A stretch of 57,049 nucleotides of DNA from Octopus bimaculoides. Taxonomy: Eukaryota. The position numbers were made by a program, and so were the translations under genes. The notes beneath the pieces were generated by a model. The model was not told where the DNA came from. It made no database searches and worked only from the letters and a program-made list of their open reading frames with translations. The stretch spans positions 70,617,387-70,674,435 of the forward strand of contig NC_068984.1 in assembly GCF_001194135.2 (NCBI RefSeq). The letters are read 5' to 3'. Positions 1 to 12,147 of the stretch are shown piece by piece (position 1 is the stretch's first letter; each line of letters opens with the position of its first letter).

Positions 1-9
1 ATATATATA

Positions 10-1128
10 CAACTAAGTTCCCGACATTTCTTCAAAATTTTGAATTTATTGCGTCTTTAAATTTTGGAATCTATTTTTTATGAGAATTCTATTTATGAAT
101 CATTTTGGAATCTATTTCCAAGGTTCTAAGGGCGCAAAAGCTTCTGACAACATTTGTGCTGTGTATGGAGAGGGTGCCATAGCTGAAAGAATTGCTTGTG
201 ATTGGTATGCCAAGTTCAAAAGTGGAAATTTTGATGCACCTCGTTCTGGCCGTCCAGTTGAGTTCGATGAAGAGCGATTAAACCAACATATGCACAACAA
301 AGGAACTGGCAGAGAAAATGGAATGCTCCCACACTGCTATAGAGAAGCATCTTCACTCAATGGGAAAGGTTCAGAAGTATGGAGTATGGGTTCTGCATGC
401 CTTAAGTGACAACAACAAAAATCAACGAGCTATAATCTCTGCTGGTTTGCTTGCTCACCACTGCTCAACTCATGGACACAAGCAACAATTTCTTTACCGA
501 ATCGTTACTGGTGACGGAAAATGGTGCCTCTACATCAATATGAATCAGCATAAGGAAACAAGATCAGCTATGTGTGAAACAAGATCTTCATCTGCATAAA
601 ACGATGTTGTACATATGGTGGGACTGGGAAGGGATTATCCATTTTGAATTGCTTGAACGGAACCAAACAGTCAACGGGGAACTCTATGTTCAATGGATGG
701 AACGACTGAACATGACTATTCAAGAGAAAAGACCTAATGATCAGCATGGAGTTCTTCTGATGCACGACAACGCCCGCCCACATATTGCCAAAATGACCAA
801 GGAAACCATTCAAACACATGGCTGGGAAGTGCTAGTATACCTGCTGTACTCTCCTGATTTGGTACCAATGGATTTTCACTTCTTTCGATCTCTTTCAAAT
901 GCTATGTGCGGAGTTTCGTTCAATACTGATGCTTGGTTGGATCAATTTTCTTAGTCGAAATCGGGTGATTTCTACCTATGAGGTATTGAAAATCATGTTG
1001 AACGTTGGAAAGAAGTTGTTATCAACAAGGGTGAATACATTATTGATTAATTAGTTGTTATTTTTTATTAAAACTTTTTAAAAATTTAAATTTAAAAAAA
1101 AGGCAGGAACTTAGTTGCCAACCTAATA
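10..1128 (+). mobile_element. Defective mariner (Tc1/mariner, DD34D) DNA transposon
   Basis: Transposase is split over three frames (80-409, 318-599, 574-954, ending near TAA 1048-1050). Motifs: WYAKFKSG..PRSGRP, WV(L)HAL, IVTGDGKW, HDNARPH, YSPDLVPMDFHFFRSL. Right TIR ggcaggaacttagttgccaacctaata at 1102-1128; matching left-TIR core caactaagttcc at 10-21. Confidence 0.95.
80..1050 (+). pseudogene. Mariner transposase pseudogene (frameshifts, small deletions, premature stops)
   Basis: Catalytic D..D34D spacing is recognisable across the frameshifted ORFs; no continuous ORF. Confidence 0.93.
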
Positions 1129-1474
1129 CATATACATACACACAAAGACACATGCATACACACATATACACATACAGAAAACATACACAAGCCTTTTAAT
1201 TCATCATTATAGAATATGGCAGATGTAACACTTCAGTATATCAATACTTCAACTATATACATTAGCAGTATTAAGATATTGACAATTTCATTACTCTATG
1301 TATTTAATATGAGTGTATGTGAGAGTGTTTCTGTCTTTATAAAATTGTTATAAAGTGATGCTTGCTTGCCTTCTATTCCACACTGCTTCATTAGCAGTGT
1401 GAATTAGAAGGCAATCAGAAATTAAAAATGCAAGCAAAAGCTGAAATATCAAGTAGTGTTATGTCATTCCTTTA

Positions 1475-1585
1475 TCAATTTAGTATTTCCTCAGTATTAA
1501 CTGCTGCATCAGAGATGAGCGTAATTCCATCTGCTAGTGTATCGGAAGGAGAATTAAGTATCTCCAAAGGAGCAGAAGTATCTTT
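1475..1585 (-). CDS. Candidate terminal coding exon (KDTSAPLEILNSPSDTLADGITLISDAAVNTEEILN*) of an unidentified gene
   Basis: ctaacag acceptor followed by 36 open codons to TGA; no homolog recognised. Confidence 0.22.
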   Translation of the reverse strand, partial: KDTSAPLEILNSPSDTLADGITLISDAAVNTEEILN

Positions 1586-3550
1586 CTGTTAGGCAGACTA
1601 TACCAAAACTTAGAATATCGGAAAATTGTAAAACATAGTACAGCCTAAACCAAGTGTAATTCAAAATAAAGTATTACAGAAAATGTAATTTCATCAGATG
1701 CCCTGCAGACAGAAATGGTTGCACAGGGTTTGAAGTATACTCAGATTTGTAAAGGACCATTTGTTCCTACATAATACTGATCAATGAATGAAAGAATGTA
1801 GGGAAATAGATATAGATAACTTTGTTTATTGTCTAAAGAAGAAAGTAACTTTGTGCTATTGGTGTTTGCTATTTTCATGAAATGCCATTCAATGTTCATC
1901 AGAATAAGAATATGGATTCAATCATTGAAAAGTGCCAGAAAGGCTTAGCATCCATGAAAAGGGAAGAAAAATCATTGATATTGCTTTCCATAGAGAAAAG
2001 AAATAGAAACAAATCTTTTAGAAAGTAGATGAACCATTATTAACATAACACTTCAAGCTCAAATTGCATTTGAAACACAAAAGTGGTGAGCAGCTGTTTT
2101 CCACAGAATTCTCTATTGTATAAGATTTCTAGAAAGTTAAAACCTTTCATTTCATGGTCAAATGGAATCCTGTAGACTAGAAGACATGAGCAATTTTAGA
2201 ATGTTTTGGTGATGGTGTTGATTAAAATTGTTAGCATACTTTGATTTTCCATGAAAATTCCTCTTGGTAATGGTGGAAAGAAACTCAGGGAAAATGCTTT
2301 ATATATAACTCTGTCTGTACAACAGTTTTACTCAGCTGGTAGTAGTTCCTCAGATTGCTACATGAATGAATTTTACAAAATATCATTTCTCAGATCTATC
2401 CAATTAAAATGAACACAGGTGTAATTTTAGAATAACTTGTAAAAGACAAAATGCTGTTGCATAACTGTTGACCTCAGTGCCATTACACTGCTGCATTTGT
2501 GACTGGTTATAAAACTAATGCTCAACAGAAGATTAAGGGAAAAATGTAATAATATCTTTGTAAACTGCAATAATTGTTCCCTCAATTTGCTGTATTTTTT
2601 TGTTGTGATTTACTCATTTTATTTATTATTTTCCTACCCAGCTCTCCATTGACAAAGCTGAAAAATGTTATATAAACAGATGTCAAATCTGAATCTGAAA
2701 TTCAAAGGAAATCTAAAACAGAGACTATGAAACCAGTTCATGAATTTAATAATACAATGATCTGTAAAAGAACCTGTCATATACTTGGGTCAGTTATGAT
2801 ACATTGATTATATTTATGTCTTGCAGAGTCATTCAGTTGTTTTAATCAATTAACCTCTATCCAGTTCTCCATTTGCAAATGCTAAATAATGCCATACCAA
2901 TAATTGCTAAGTCCAAACTTGAAAACTCAATTGAATATCAGAACAGAATCTATGAAGCTAATTCAGAAAATACTTAAGTTTAAAGATGTGTAAAAAGAAT
3001 CTGATATGTGCTTGGATCACTTATTAGAAATTATTTGACTTAGTCCTAAATGTTTGGGTTATCAAAATGTTGGAAGTGCAACAGTTTGACGACTCCATAG
3101 AGACCTACATTAAAACAATGAACATGTAATAGAAATTTCTTATGGTAACTAAAAATACTATGACTGTATGCATTAACCCCAGAAGGATATCTACTGGATA
3201 GGAATATTCAAGGTAACACTACACCTAGTCTTTATTTCATTTTTGACTGATTGCCTTTCAGCTAGCTAATGTGGAATACTAGATAAAGAAGGGAAAAACT
3301 AGACTCATCCAGCATCTTCGCAGTCTAAACTTGTATGCTACTAATGTTCCCTAAATATGCCATGAAATTAAGATTCCATCTAAGCTGGTTATTGGAAGAA
3401 GATTATGATACAATGAGTCAGACTGGCAAGATGAGTAAATGATTTGAAACTCTATGAAGGGTAAATAGTACAAGTTATGGACAATTCAGATCTCTGTAAA
3501 TACTTGACCAAAGGTGCAACTAAATCTTTATGCAAGAAAGCTATATGAAT

Positions 3551-3618
3551 ATTTTAAGTGTCAAAGTATGCTAATTTTAAGTGTCGAAGTATTCTATTTT
3601 AAGTGTCAAAGTATTCAA
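3551..3618. repeat. Short tandem repeat, about 22-23 bp x3 (ttttaagtgtc(a/g)aagtat...)
   Basis: Three near-identical units read directly. Confidence 0.85.
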
Positions 3619-4291
3619 CAGCAAAAACATCATATGTCCTATTAGCACATAGGACAGAGTGCTGTAGTATTGGACTAGAATACTAGAATACCATAAATCT
3701 GGTCTCTAGATTTAACACAAGAAATCTTCTGAAAATATTGCATGCTACACAGTAAATCTGACACTTGACGACTGTACATTCCAAGAAGACAAATTATAGC
3801 AGACAATTGCATGCTAAGGAGTCGTTTAGAAAGACAGTCACTAATTTTTTCTCACTACATTTTTGACTCACAAGAAAACATGTTATGTACCCTCGTTAAT
3901 TATAATTATATCACCATTAGGAAATCAACAATATCTGCAGCACAGCAACAAAATTCTCAACAAGACTGAAGAATCTAAAGCTAAATCTTATATTTTAGAA
4001 TGGCTTGTTAGATAATTCCAATGAGCAACCAACATTAAAAGCAAAACTTTATATGATCAATACTTTCTTCAACTGTTTTGCAGAAGTGATTTGAAAATTT
4101 AAAGAAAAAAACTTATTTAAATATTGAGCTAAAAACGTTCTGAAGTTAATTTATGTGTCTACTCACATTTGTAATTAGTACTTCTGAAAATCTGCACAGC
4201 TAATTCTACAAAGACAGTGGTAGGTCACAATAACGGTAGACATAGGCAGGTTCAAAAAAATACTAGGATGAGTAAATGTTTTTAAAGCATT

Positions 4292-4524
4292 TATTTCTTT
4301 ATTGCCCACAAGGGGTTAAACACAGAGGGGACAAACAAGAACAGACAAAGGGATGAAGTCGATTACATCAACCCCAGTGCATAACTGGTACTTTATTTAT
4401 CGACCCCGAAAGGACAAAAGGCAAAGTCGACCTCGGTGGAATTTGAACTCAGAACGTAATGGCAGATGAAATACCGCTAAGCATTTCACCTGGCGCACTA
4501 ACGTTTCTGCCAGCTCGCCGCCTT
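4292..4524 (-). mobile_element. tRNA-derived SINE, family A (tail type 1), full length with TSD
   Basis: Minus strand begins ggcggcgagctggcagaaacgttag with a B-box-like gagttcaaattcc. Flanked by a 17-bp TSD, aatgtttttaaagcatt (4275-4291) and aatgttttaaaagcatt (4525-4541). Confidence 0.9.
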
Positions 4525-4574
4525 AATGTTTTAAAAGCATTGTGGAGAAATCTGGGCCCTAAATGTAGTGTATC

Positions 4575-4950
4575 TTTCGAAGAATAGTAAGAAATGAGCT
4601 GAACATGCTTTTCGAGGTGTATAATATCAATGTGCATGAACAAAACAGTATGAATGAATTTATAGAAAAATACTGTGTTAAAAGAAATAAAACAAAACCT
4701 GTAAGAGAAATGAATGTGATGGTAAAAGCATATGATAACGTGTATGAATGAAAGCATCTAAACAAAGAAATGCTAAGTACGGAAAATTGATGGTGTTTGT
4801 GGAAGAGGAATACCTAGGATGACATGGCATGAAATACTGTAAACATATCACAAAATACTGAACTTCAAACAAGAAATGACATGGAGCTGCAATAATTGAA
4901 GACAAGCTACACTGGAGAAAATCGGAACTTTTTGGCTATGCATGGTAGGG
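4575..4950 (+). mobile_element. Degenerate RTE-clade LINE ORF2 3' fragment
   Basis: Fragments translate as RNELNMLFEVYNINVHEQ... and IDGVCGRGIPRMTWHE, similar to the RTE C-termini at 12.8 and 55 kb. Confidence 0.6.
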
Positions 4951-5943
4951 GTAACACAAACAAAATGGAAAAACCAGAGTACTGTCAATATATCAATCCA
5001 CTACACCCTCCTTATTTTTCTCTCTCTTGGGTTGCTTTACCTGTATTCTTCCGATGGATTTCATTATAGAGTGTCCTAGCTATGTCATAGATAACACTGT
5101 GATAACATTTTCAGACAACTGCTTATGATGTGGGTGATATCTTCAGTGTGAACTCCACAAAGTCTGCATCAGTTGTCACATTTTACGGCTTTTCTATGTA
5201 TGTATGTATGTATGTATGTATTATCTCTTTTGAGAAGGAAAGAGAAAAGTCTATCCTGAATCTCAACAGGCCATACTTTAAACTTAGAACTACTTGCAAT
5301 TTACCTATACAGCTCCAATTTAAAAATTTAGTTTTAAATTTCTTATCAGATTGAAATTCATGTGGCTGCTTTCTTCAGAAACGATCAAAGAGAGATTTCA
5401 AAACAAACAATATATTTGCACAATGGAAACTAATTATCTCTCAACGACATTGGAAAATGTTAAATGTGATAAACAATGTCTCCTAAGACAATGGTTGTCT
5501 TCCATTCTATTTCTGAATCGGGATAAACCCCACCTCCCCCAAAGAGCCCCCACACAAATATAAACAATAGAAAGGTATGCAATGTTATCTTGATGATCAA
5601 GTTTTGTATTCTTTTGTAATAAATTAAACATGGCAATGTCTGATAAAGTAAATAAAATGCACTAAAATAGTTTTCTTTTTGAGGACAAGAGATCAAAAAA
5701 ATTAAGATTGCAAAAGAGGAAAGAGCACTGATAAATTGCAGCATTATATTTTGACTTAAGTAAAGAAATTCCATTTCAAAATCTCAATAAATAGTGATAA
5801 AGCTTTTAACCATTATTAGCTAAAGATATAACAAAAGGAAAAAGAGGGAAAATAAGATCAGCAGGAAGATTTACTTTAATAGTGATTCTTTTATCAAGTA
5901 CAAAAGACTTAAATTTAAGTTAATAGGTAAATGAAACATTGAG

Positions 5944-6073
5944 ATACCGTTGCATTTCCAAATGGCATTAGGGATAAAACTGCAGTAAACTTGGATTGAA
6001 TGGGAAATAATGCTATTATCACAGTTTTAACTTACTAAGAGTTTTCCTCTTACTATATCAATGATTACAACCA
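5944..6073 (+). repeat. About 130-bp direct repeat, copy 1 (copy 2 at 7532-7657)
   Basis: catttccaaatggcattagg(g/a)ataaaactgcagtaaactt...caatgattacaacca is present in both copies. Confidence 0.9.
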
Positions 6074-6633
6074 GATATTTTAATATAGCTATTTTTACAA
6101 AGCAGCAGAGATAACAGGCTGACTAAATTCAGTATTATAAGGGTAGTTATTTCTTTGGAAGAATGAATTTCAAAAATCAAGATAATTGATTCCAACTCAG
6201 AGTGTAATAAGATGGAAATAAATATCTTATCAACCAACATGCTGAATTCATCTTTGGTAATATTGGTTTCTTTCAACAAAATTTGTTTAGTAGTTAGTCA
6301 GAAAAGGGAAAAAGCAGTCAGTACTCATAACTATTTGCACATCATTTAAGATTAAGTGAGACTTGGTTTTAATATCTGAATACCAGTGTCTGCAAAATGA
6401 ATATTGGTGAAAAAGGAATTCCACAGAGCTACCTAATCCAAATTTCATATAACAGTGGTAACTGAATTAAAAGGCACCCTAACACTAGGTGGTGGTGTTA
6501 AATTTAGCAATGGCTTAATTCTTTGAAACAAAAAATACAAATAAAGTGTTATTGGTTTTGTTGGCATCTTCTATAGAGAAATACCTAAAAGAACTAAAAG
6601 TTGTCTGCTTTGTATTCACCAGAAAATCCCCAC

Positions 6634-6802
6634 CAAGGCCGTTTTAGCAGCATTATAGACCCCTAGGAAAATCAGTGCACTGGGCCGTATAGTGGTTGTT
6701 TATTAACAGTAATCCACCGAATATAGGGAATAGAATTTGGACCCTAGTACTGTGAGGCCCCTGGACAACTATCCAGCATGTCTATGCCTTAAGGTAGTCC
6801 TA
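6634..6802. mobile_element. Probable degenerate MITE (CAGGGCCGTCTTA...TAAGACGGCCCTG type)
   Basis: GC-richer island with decayed terminal inverted repeats caaggccgttttag and ccttaaggtagtcct. Confidence 0.35.
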
Positions 6803-7531
6803 ATCTCAAATGGATTGCATTTGCTGTAGCAATAGTAATGCATTATGTCTTTCCTTAAGCGGTTTTCAAATAGTTGAAAGGACTTCTACAAGGTAATTAG
6901 AATAGGGGAGAGAGAGAAAGAGAGAAAGAGAGTGAGTGAGAGAGAGAGAAAGAGAGGAAATAAAGATACAAGAACATACAAAGAAAGAAAGAAGTAAAAT
7001 AATTTAATAAATAAAAGGAAAGTGGGTAGAAAATTTGAACAGAGATGTATAGGGAAAATGTAGAATACATACAAACACACACACATACACATATAAACAT
7101 ATAAGCATTTGTATGTCTATTTCTTCCCTGTTGGCATGGGTTAGATGAAACATATTCAAGCAAATTGTCAACAGCTGGATGCTCTTCTTGTTACCATCAC
7201 TAACCTGTTTATCAAGTAAAGCAAGTTTTGATTTTTTTTTTTATTGCACTGGTCCTTACATACTGAAATATGGAATTATGAAACATTTTGTTTACTGCAA
7301 ATTGTATACAAAAATACCATTTTCTGCCAGAGAGTGATATTGAGAATTCCTGACATGACATTCACACACAAATATACATATATGTCTCAAAGTTTCATGA
7401 GGTGATTTGGTAGATGGAAACTGAAAAACTGCTGAACATACATACATACAAACATACATACATATGTATATGTACACACATACACACATATACATACATG
7501 CATTTATACATTCATACATTCATATTTGAAA

Positions 7532-7657
7532 ATACTGTTCCATTTCCAAATGGCATTAGGAATAAAACTGCAGTAAACTTGAATTGAATGGGAAATAATG
7601 CTGTTATCACAGTCTTAACTTAGAGATTTATTCTTACTATACCAATGATTACAACCA
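7532..7657 (+). repeat. About 130-bp direct repeat, copy 2
   Basis: Aligns by eye to 5944-6073 with scattered substitutions and small indels. Confidence 0.9.
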
Positions 7658-7659
7658 CT

Positions 7660-7935
7660 TTTCAGTTTCATTTCAGAATTTCTTTGACAATAGAGAAAGA
7701 ACTGGTTTCTAATCTAGATCCATTCTCCTTCATTGGAATTCGAAAATCAGTAACAGGTTATTTTTGTATGTATGTATGTATGTATGTATTTATGTATGTA
7801 TACATGCATGCATGCATGCATTTTTGTATGTATGTATGTATGCATGTATGTACTATGTATGTATGCTTGTATGTATGCATGTATGTATGTATGCATGTAT
7901 GTATATATACAATATATGTATGCATACATATATGT
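7660..7935 (+). repeat. Interspersed repeat (about 105 bp) plus (TATG)n tract; second copy at about 21780-22065 on the minus strand
   Basis: aatagagaaagaactggtttcta...ttcattggaatt is shared with the reverse complement of 21780-21885; both are next to TATG arrays. Confidence 0.7.
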
Positions 7936-8133
7936 GCGTGTGTATGCGTGTTTACATTTTCACTTCTTTGAATATTGCTGAGCTGCAACAGGAGTTGGTC
8001 ATGTAATTTCTCCAGTCAACAAGGTGCATGATAGTAAATCAGTGCCTTAATATATTCGTCTGGCCCATGTTTGCATGGAAAAACACACATCTCTCTCTCT
8101 ATCTGTCTCGTACACACATACACCCACACATGC

Positions 8134-8174
<41 letters not shown>

Positions 8175-8200
8175 AATTATATATATATATATATACATAC

Positions 8201-8231
<31 letters not shown>

Positions 8232-9675
8232 AATATATAAAGACAAATGTGTATGTGCATATGTAGGCACATGCATGGCTATGTGTTGAGAAGTTTGCTT
8301 GCAAATCTCATGGTTTTGGGTTCTGTTCCACTGCATGGCACATTGGTTTGTGAATTTGGTTGTGAGTGAATTATGAGTGAATTTGGTTGATGAAACTGTG
8401 CTATATGTATGTGTGTGTGTGCACATGTATGCATGTGCATGCATACATGCATGCGTGTGAGTGTGTCTGTCTATGTGTGTGTGTGTTTGTGTGTATGCGT
8501 GTGTGTTTGTGTATTTGTGTGTTTCAGTTTATGTCTCTGTAGTGTTTGTGTTTGTCTCACTGCTTGGCAACTGATGCTGGCTTGTTCATGTCCTTGCAAT
8601 TTGACTGCACGGTTAAAAGAAACCAATAAAATAACTATCAAATTTAAAATAAATACTGTGGTTGATTTGATAATCTAAAAGCTTCAAGTTGATGCTCCAG
8701 TATGGACACAGATCAATATCTAAAACAGCTAAAAGAACTAATATTTGTAAGGAAGCATTAAACTGAATATAAAATACAATTATGTTGAAGGAAGTGCAAA
8801 TAAATTTCAAAGAGGTTATGAGGCTGTATAACTTGAGAAAGAAAAGGAAAACTTTTGGATGTTTAAAATAATAGTGAAGAAAAAAAAAATGGAATATGGT
8901 TTGCATTATCAAAGTGAATCAGAAAAGACATGGTTTAATAAATTCATTAGAGAAACAAACTGAATGTTAAGAAATTCGATGCTACTAAATCTGAGGGTGT
9001 AGAAAAATTTCATTCATTAAAGTACAATTGTCTCTGTTATACTTATGAAATTAGTAACTCATAAATTTGGACCCACCACTGTGTGTCTTTTAACTGTTGC
9101 TCTTGTAGTTGTTTTAATAGCTGCAATTGTAGCCCCAGTCTAGCCTTGTGAAGCTGACCTATGATCAAAGGTATTCAAGCCATAAACATCTGGTTGTTTT
9201 ATTTTAGCTAGGCTCAGTGTATATAAAATAGGATTATGCAATTTGTCTATCTCTAGACAGAATACTTAAGAGTATAATTGGAAAGAAATTTGACTGCTAT
9301 TTCTTGCAGATCACTCTATGACAAAGTGGTTCCCATTTCCCTTTGACATGTTTTGCTAAGGGTTTTGAGACTCAATTAGATGGACTTGTAACTTCATTTT
9401 GATTTCTATTTGTGCCCATTTTTCCTTCACTTATATATAATGTTCATGAAAAAAGATATTGAACATCATACAATCTCATTGCCCTCTCTTACATAGGTCA
9501 TATGTAAAAAAAATATCAATAATCAATATAATGAAATTAGCTGATTAAACTTGAGAGTGTAATGTTGATGCAGTAGTAGATGAGAGCAAACACATGTGAA
9601 GGACATACCTAATCAATCTCTTCAATGATTGATTGGCTGGTTGAATGACTTCATTGACTGATTGATTGGTTGAAG

Positions 9676-9678
<3 letters not shown>

Positions 9679-9724
<46 letters not shown>

Positions 9725-9828
9725 NNNNNNNNNNNNNNNNNNNNNNNNNNNNNNNNNNNNNNNNNNNNNNNNNNNNNNNNNNNNNNNNNNNNNNNNNNNN
9801 NNNNNNNNNNNNNNNNNNNNNNNNNNNN

Positions 9829-9885
<57 letters not shown>
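9679..9885. repeat. (AG)n microsatellite spanning an N-gap (9725-9828)
   Basis: Direct reading. Confidence 0.97.
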
Positions 9886-9889
<4 letters not shown>

Positions 9890-10470
9890 TTTGAATTAGC
9901 AAAAAGTATGCCCAGATAAATCAATTAAGAAGATCCTCTCAATTTTCCAGCCATAAATTCAGGATAAAAATCTTTGCAGACTTTTGCAAAGTGTTGACTT
10001 ATTCTTAAAGAGTTCATTTTTCTGTGAAGTTGATACGAGGGATTAAACACTGCTCTGGTGTGAATTAAAAAGAATTCCAAGGGAAACATTCCCCATGAAG
10101 AACATGCAGTTCAGTGTGAATAATTGTGAAGTGATATACTTAATGTAGCAAGCACTAAACAATTTTCCATCATTTGATATTACATCAGCTATGAGAAAAC
10201 AATCCGTAGCATTAATGACAGTATTTGGGAAGAAACACAAGTGAGTGAACTCTGAAATATAGACTGATTAAAATTTAAATGAAGACATAAATTGGTGAGT
10301 AAGCTGTGATCTATGTTTGGTATGGAGACAGCATCAGGGACGTTTTAGTTTGCTTTGTAGTCTGCTTTCATTATGGCTTAAGCCTAGAAGTGAACTTAAA
10401 TATATGATAAGATAACAAAAATCTTGTTAATTATATTATGCTCCTTCTCCTGAGCAGTCATCAGGTTTAC

Positions 10471-10633
10471 CTTTTTAGTACAGTAAGATGTATGAAGCCA
10501 GTGTGAGTTAAGTATCTTAAACATTCGGACTGCACTGCATCAGTGATAGCGTATTTAAAAAAGACAGGAATTTTCAAACATAGCCTTCTTGGGCTTACTA
10601 ATACTTGTAGAGTTGAATGCTGGTACACAAAAG
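10471..10633 (-). CDS. Candidate internal exon (xFVYQHSTLQVLVSPRRLCLKIPVFFKYAITDAVQSECLRYLTHTGFIHLTVLKR), product unknown
   Basis: Acceptor tcctcactctcccttacag, donor AAG|gtaaac; only one frame is open across the whole 163 nt. Confidence 0.33.
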
Positions 10634-10715
10634 CTGTAAGGGAGAGTGAGGATGCCAATCACACGTATACACATACACGTGTGTGTGAGTGTGTGTATCT
10701 TTCCTACATACTTAC

Positions 10716-10859
10716 TGGTGAAGAAAGGAAACATCATCAAAGAAGGTAAAAAAGCTAGTGCTTTTGAACAAATATACCCTATGTGATATTTATTGCATCT
10801 GCTGTATAGATGGTTCTTTGTCATCCTTGTATCAGAAGGGTAGTGAACCAGTAATTGGC
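10716..10859 (-). CDS. Candidate exon upstream of 10471-10633 (QLLVHYPSDT...MMFPFFT)
   Basis: Acceptor tttttttcccacag, donor CCA|gtaagt; an 82-nt GT-AG intron joins it in phase to the 10633 exon. Confidence 0.28.
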
Positions 10860-12147
10860 CTGTGGGAAAAAAATCTGTGATCAGTAACATTATTTTTCAC
10901 TGAGTACCTGATATAGAATAAATAAATAAATGAATAAACTTTGACCTTTCAGATGGTAGTCTGACACTTACCATATCAACCCAAACAGCTTCAACTGACA
11001 ATGAGATGACATCTGAAGTTTATTAAAATAAATTTTGCAAAGAATTCTCAATGCTTTTGTTATAAGTGTCTATGAATGAACTGTCAAAGAAACAATTAAT
11101 TTTCGTCTATCACATCGACAGAATCACATGACTAAGCTACATAACTCATTCTTTAAACATCTTTGTTCACTAAATTTATTTGAAATATATATTTTAACTA
11201 ATTTTTTTAGCAAATTGTATAAACACACTTCATCTTTAAAGAACGAATTTTCTTCAGAGACGCCGAGTTCATCAGCCTATATTAAGTATACCCAAGTCAT
11301 ATATACATATATTTATGATGGCAAGTTCTCATGATTAAAACATATTACAACCTATAGGAAAGTTTGTGAGATCTTTAGTTGATATAAAATTATGCCAAAT
11401 TTATCACGAATCGAAATTGTTGTATTTTTTCTTGAAGTACCTCTTAAAAATACATAAAATAATCATTTTCAAAAGTAAATTTCTTTCATCAATATTTTAT
11501 GGATATCAAAAATGTAAGGTTGTTTTTTAAATGGGTAATTTTAGTAAAATTTATGACTCATGTAATTCAAACATTAAACAGATACAACCTAATTTATAAA
11601 TATAATAAAACGCATTTTTTCCTTCTTCTAATTTTATGTCTGTTAAACTTCTCAAGATAAAATATAATTATAATAGTATTTCAATAATTCTTTAATTAAA
11701 TTAACTTCATTAATAAGACTGATGATTTAGATGTTACTTAATTTTCCATTTTCACTTATATGACTCTGTGTTTTGCAAATTCCATGATTCAGTAATTTTA
11801 ATAAGTTTGATAAACGACCTTGAATATGTCAGTGCTTTTGTGTGATAAGGAAGTTGGGTATTATCATGTCCACATACTTTATTGCATAATGTGCTTACAT
11901 TGTACTTATGTGCATGTGTCTATGTATGCATATGAATACACACACAAACACATACATATATATACGTATATGTATAAACACACATATATGTGTGTGCATG
12001 TGTGTGTGTGTGTGTAGAACAGATAGGAGAATTGAGGTAAGAGAGCAGATGTTTATTTCATTTGCTTACAGCTGTTTCATAATCTTGTTAGTTATATAAT
12101 AAATGTTAAATCAACATTATCAAGCATATAAAATATATATTCAAATA

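Noticed and set aside
80-1050. Active mariner or domesticated SETMAR-like gene
   Set aside because: Frameshifts, deletions, stops and a broken left TIR; no SET domain.
7645-8678. Many overlapping ORFs rich in Y/I/C/V/M/H/T (also at 20.4, 21.8, 26, 29, 36-37 and 55.7 kb)
   Set aside because: They are translations of (TA)n, (TG)n and (TATG)n microsatellites, not genes.
10780-10908. Selenoprotein or readthrough frame (YSVKNNVTDHRFF...LPF-TGA-YKDDKEP...)
   Set aside because: A TAA follows 13 codons later, and there is no SECIS or homology evidence.
11240-11276. Second hammerhead (minus strand CTGATGA...GAAA)
   Set aside because: No stem II pairing between the boxes.
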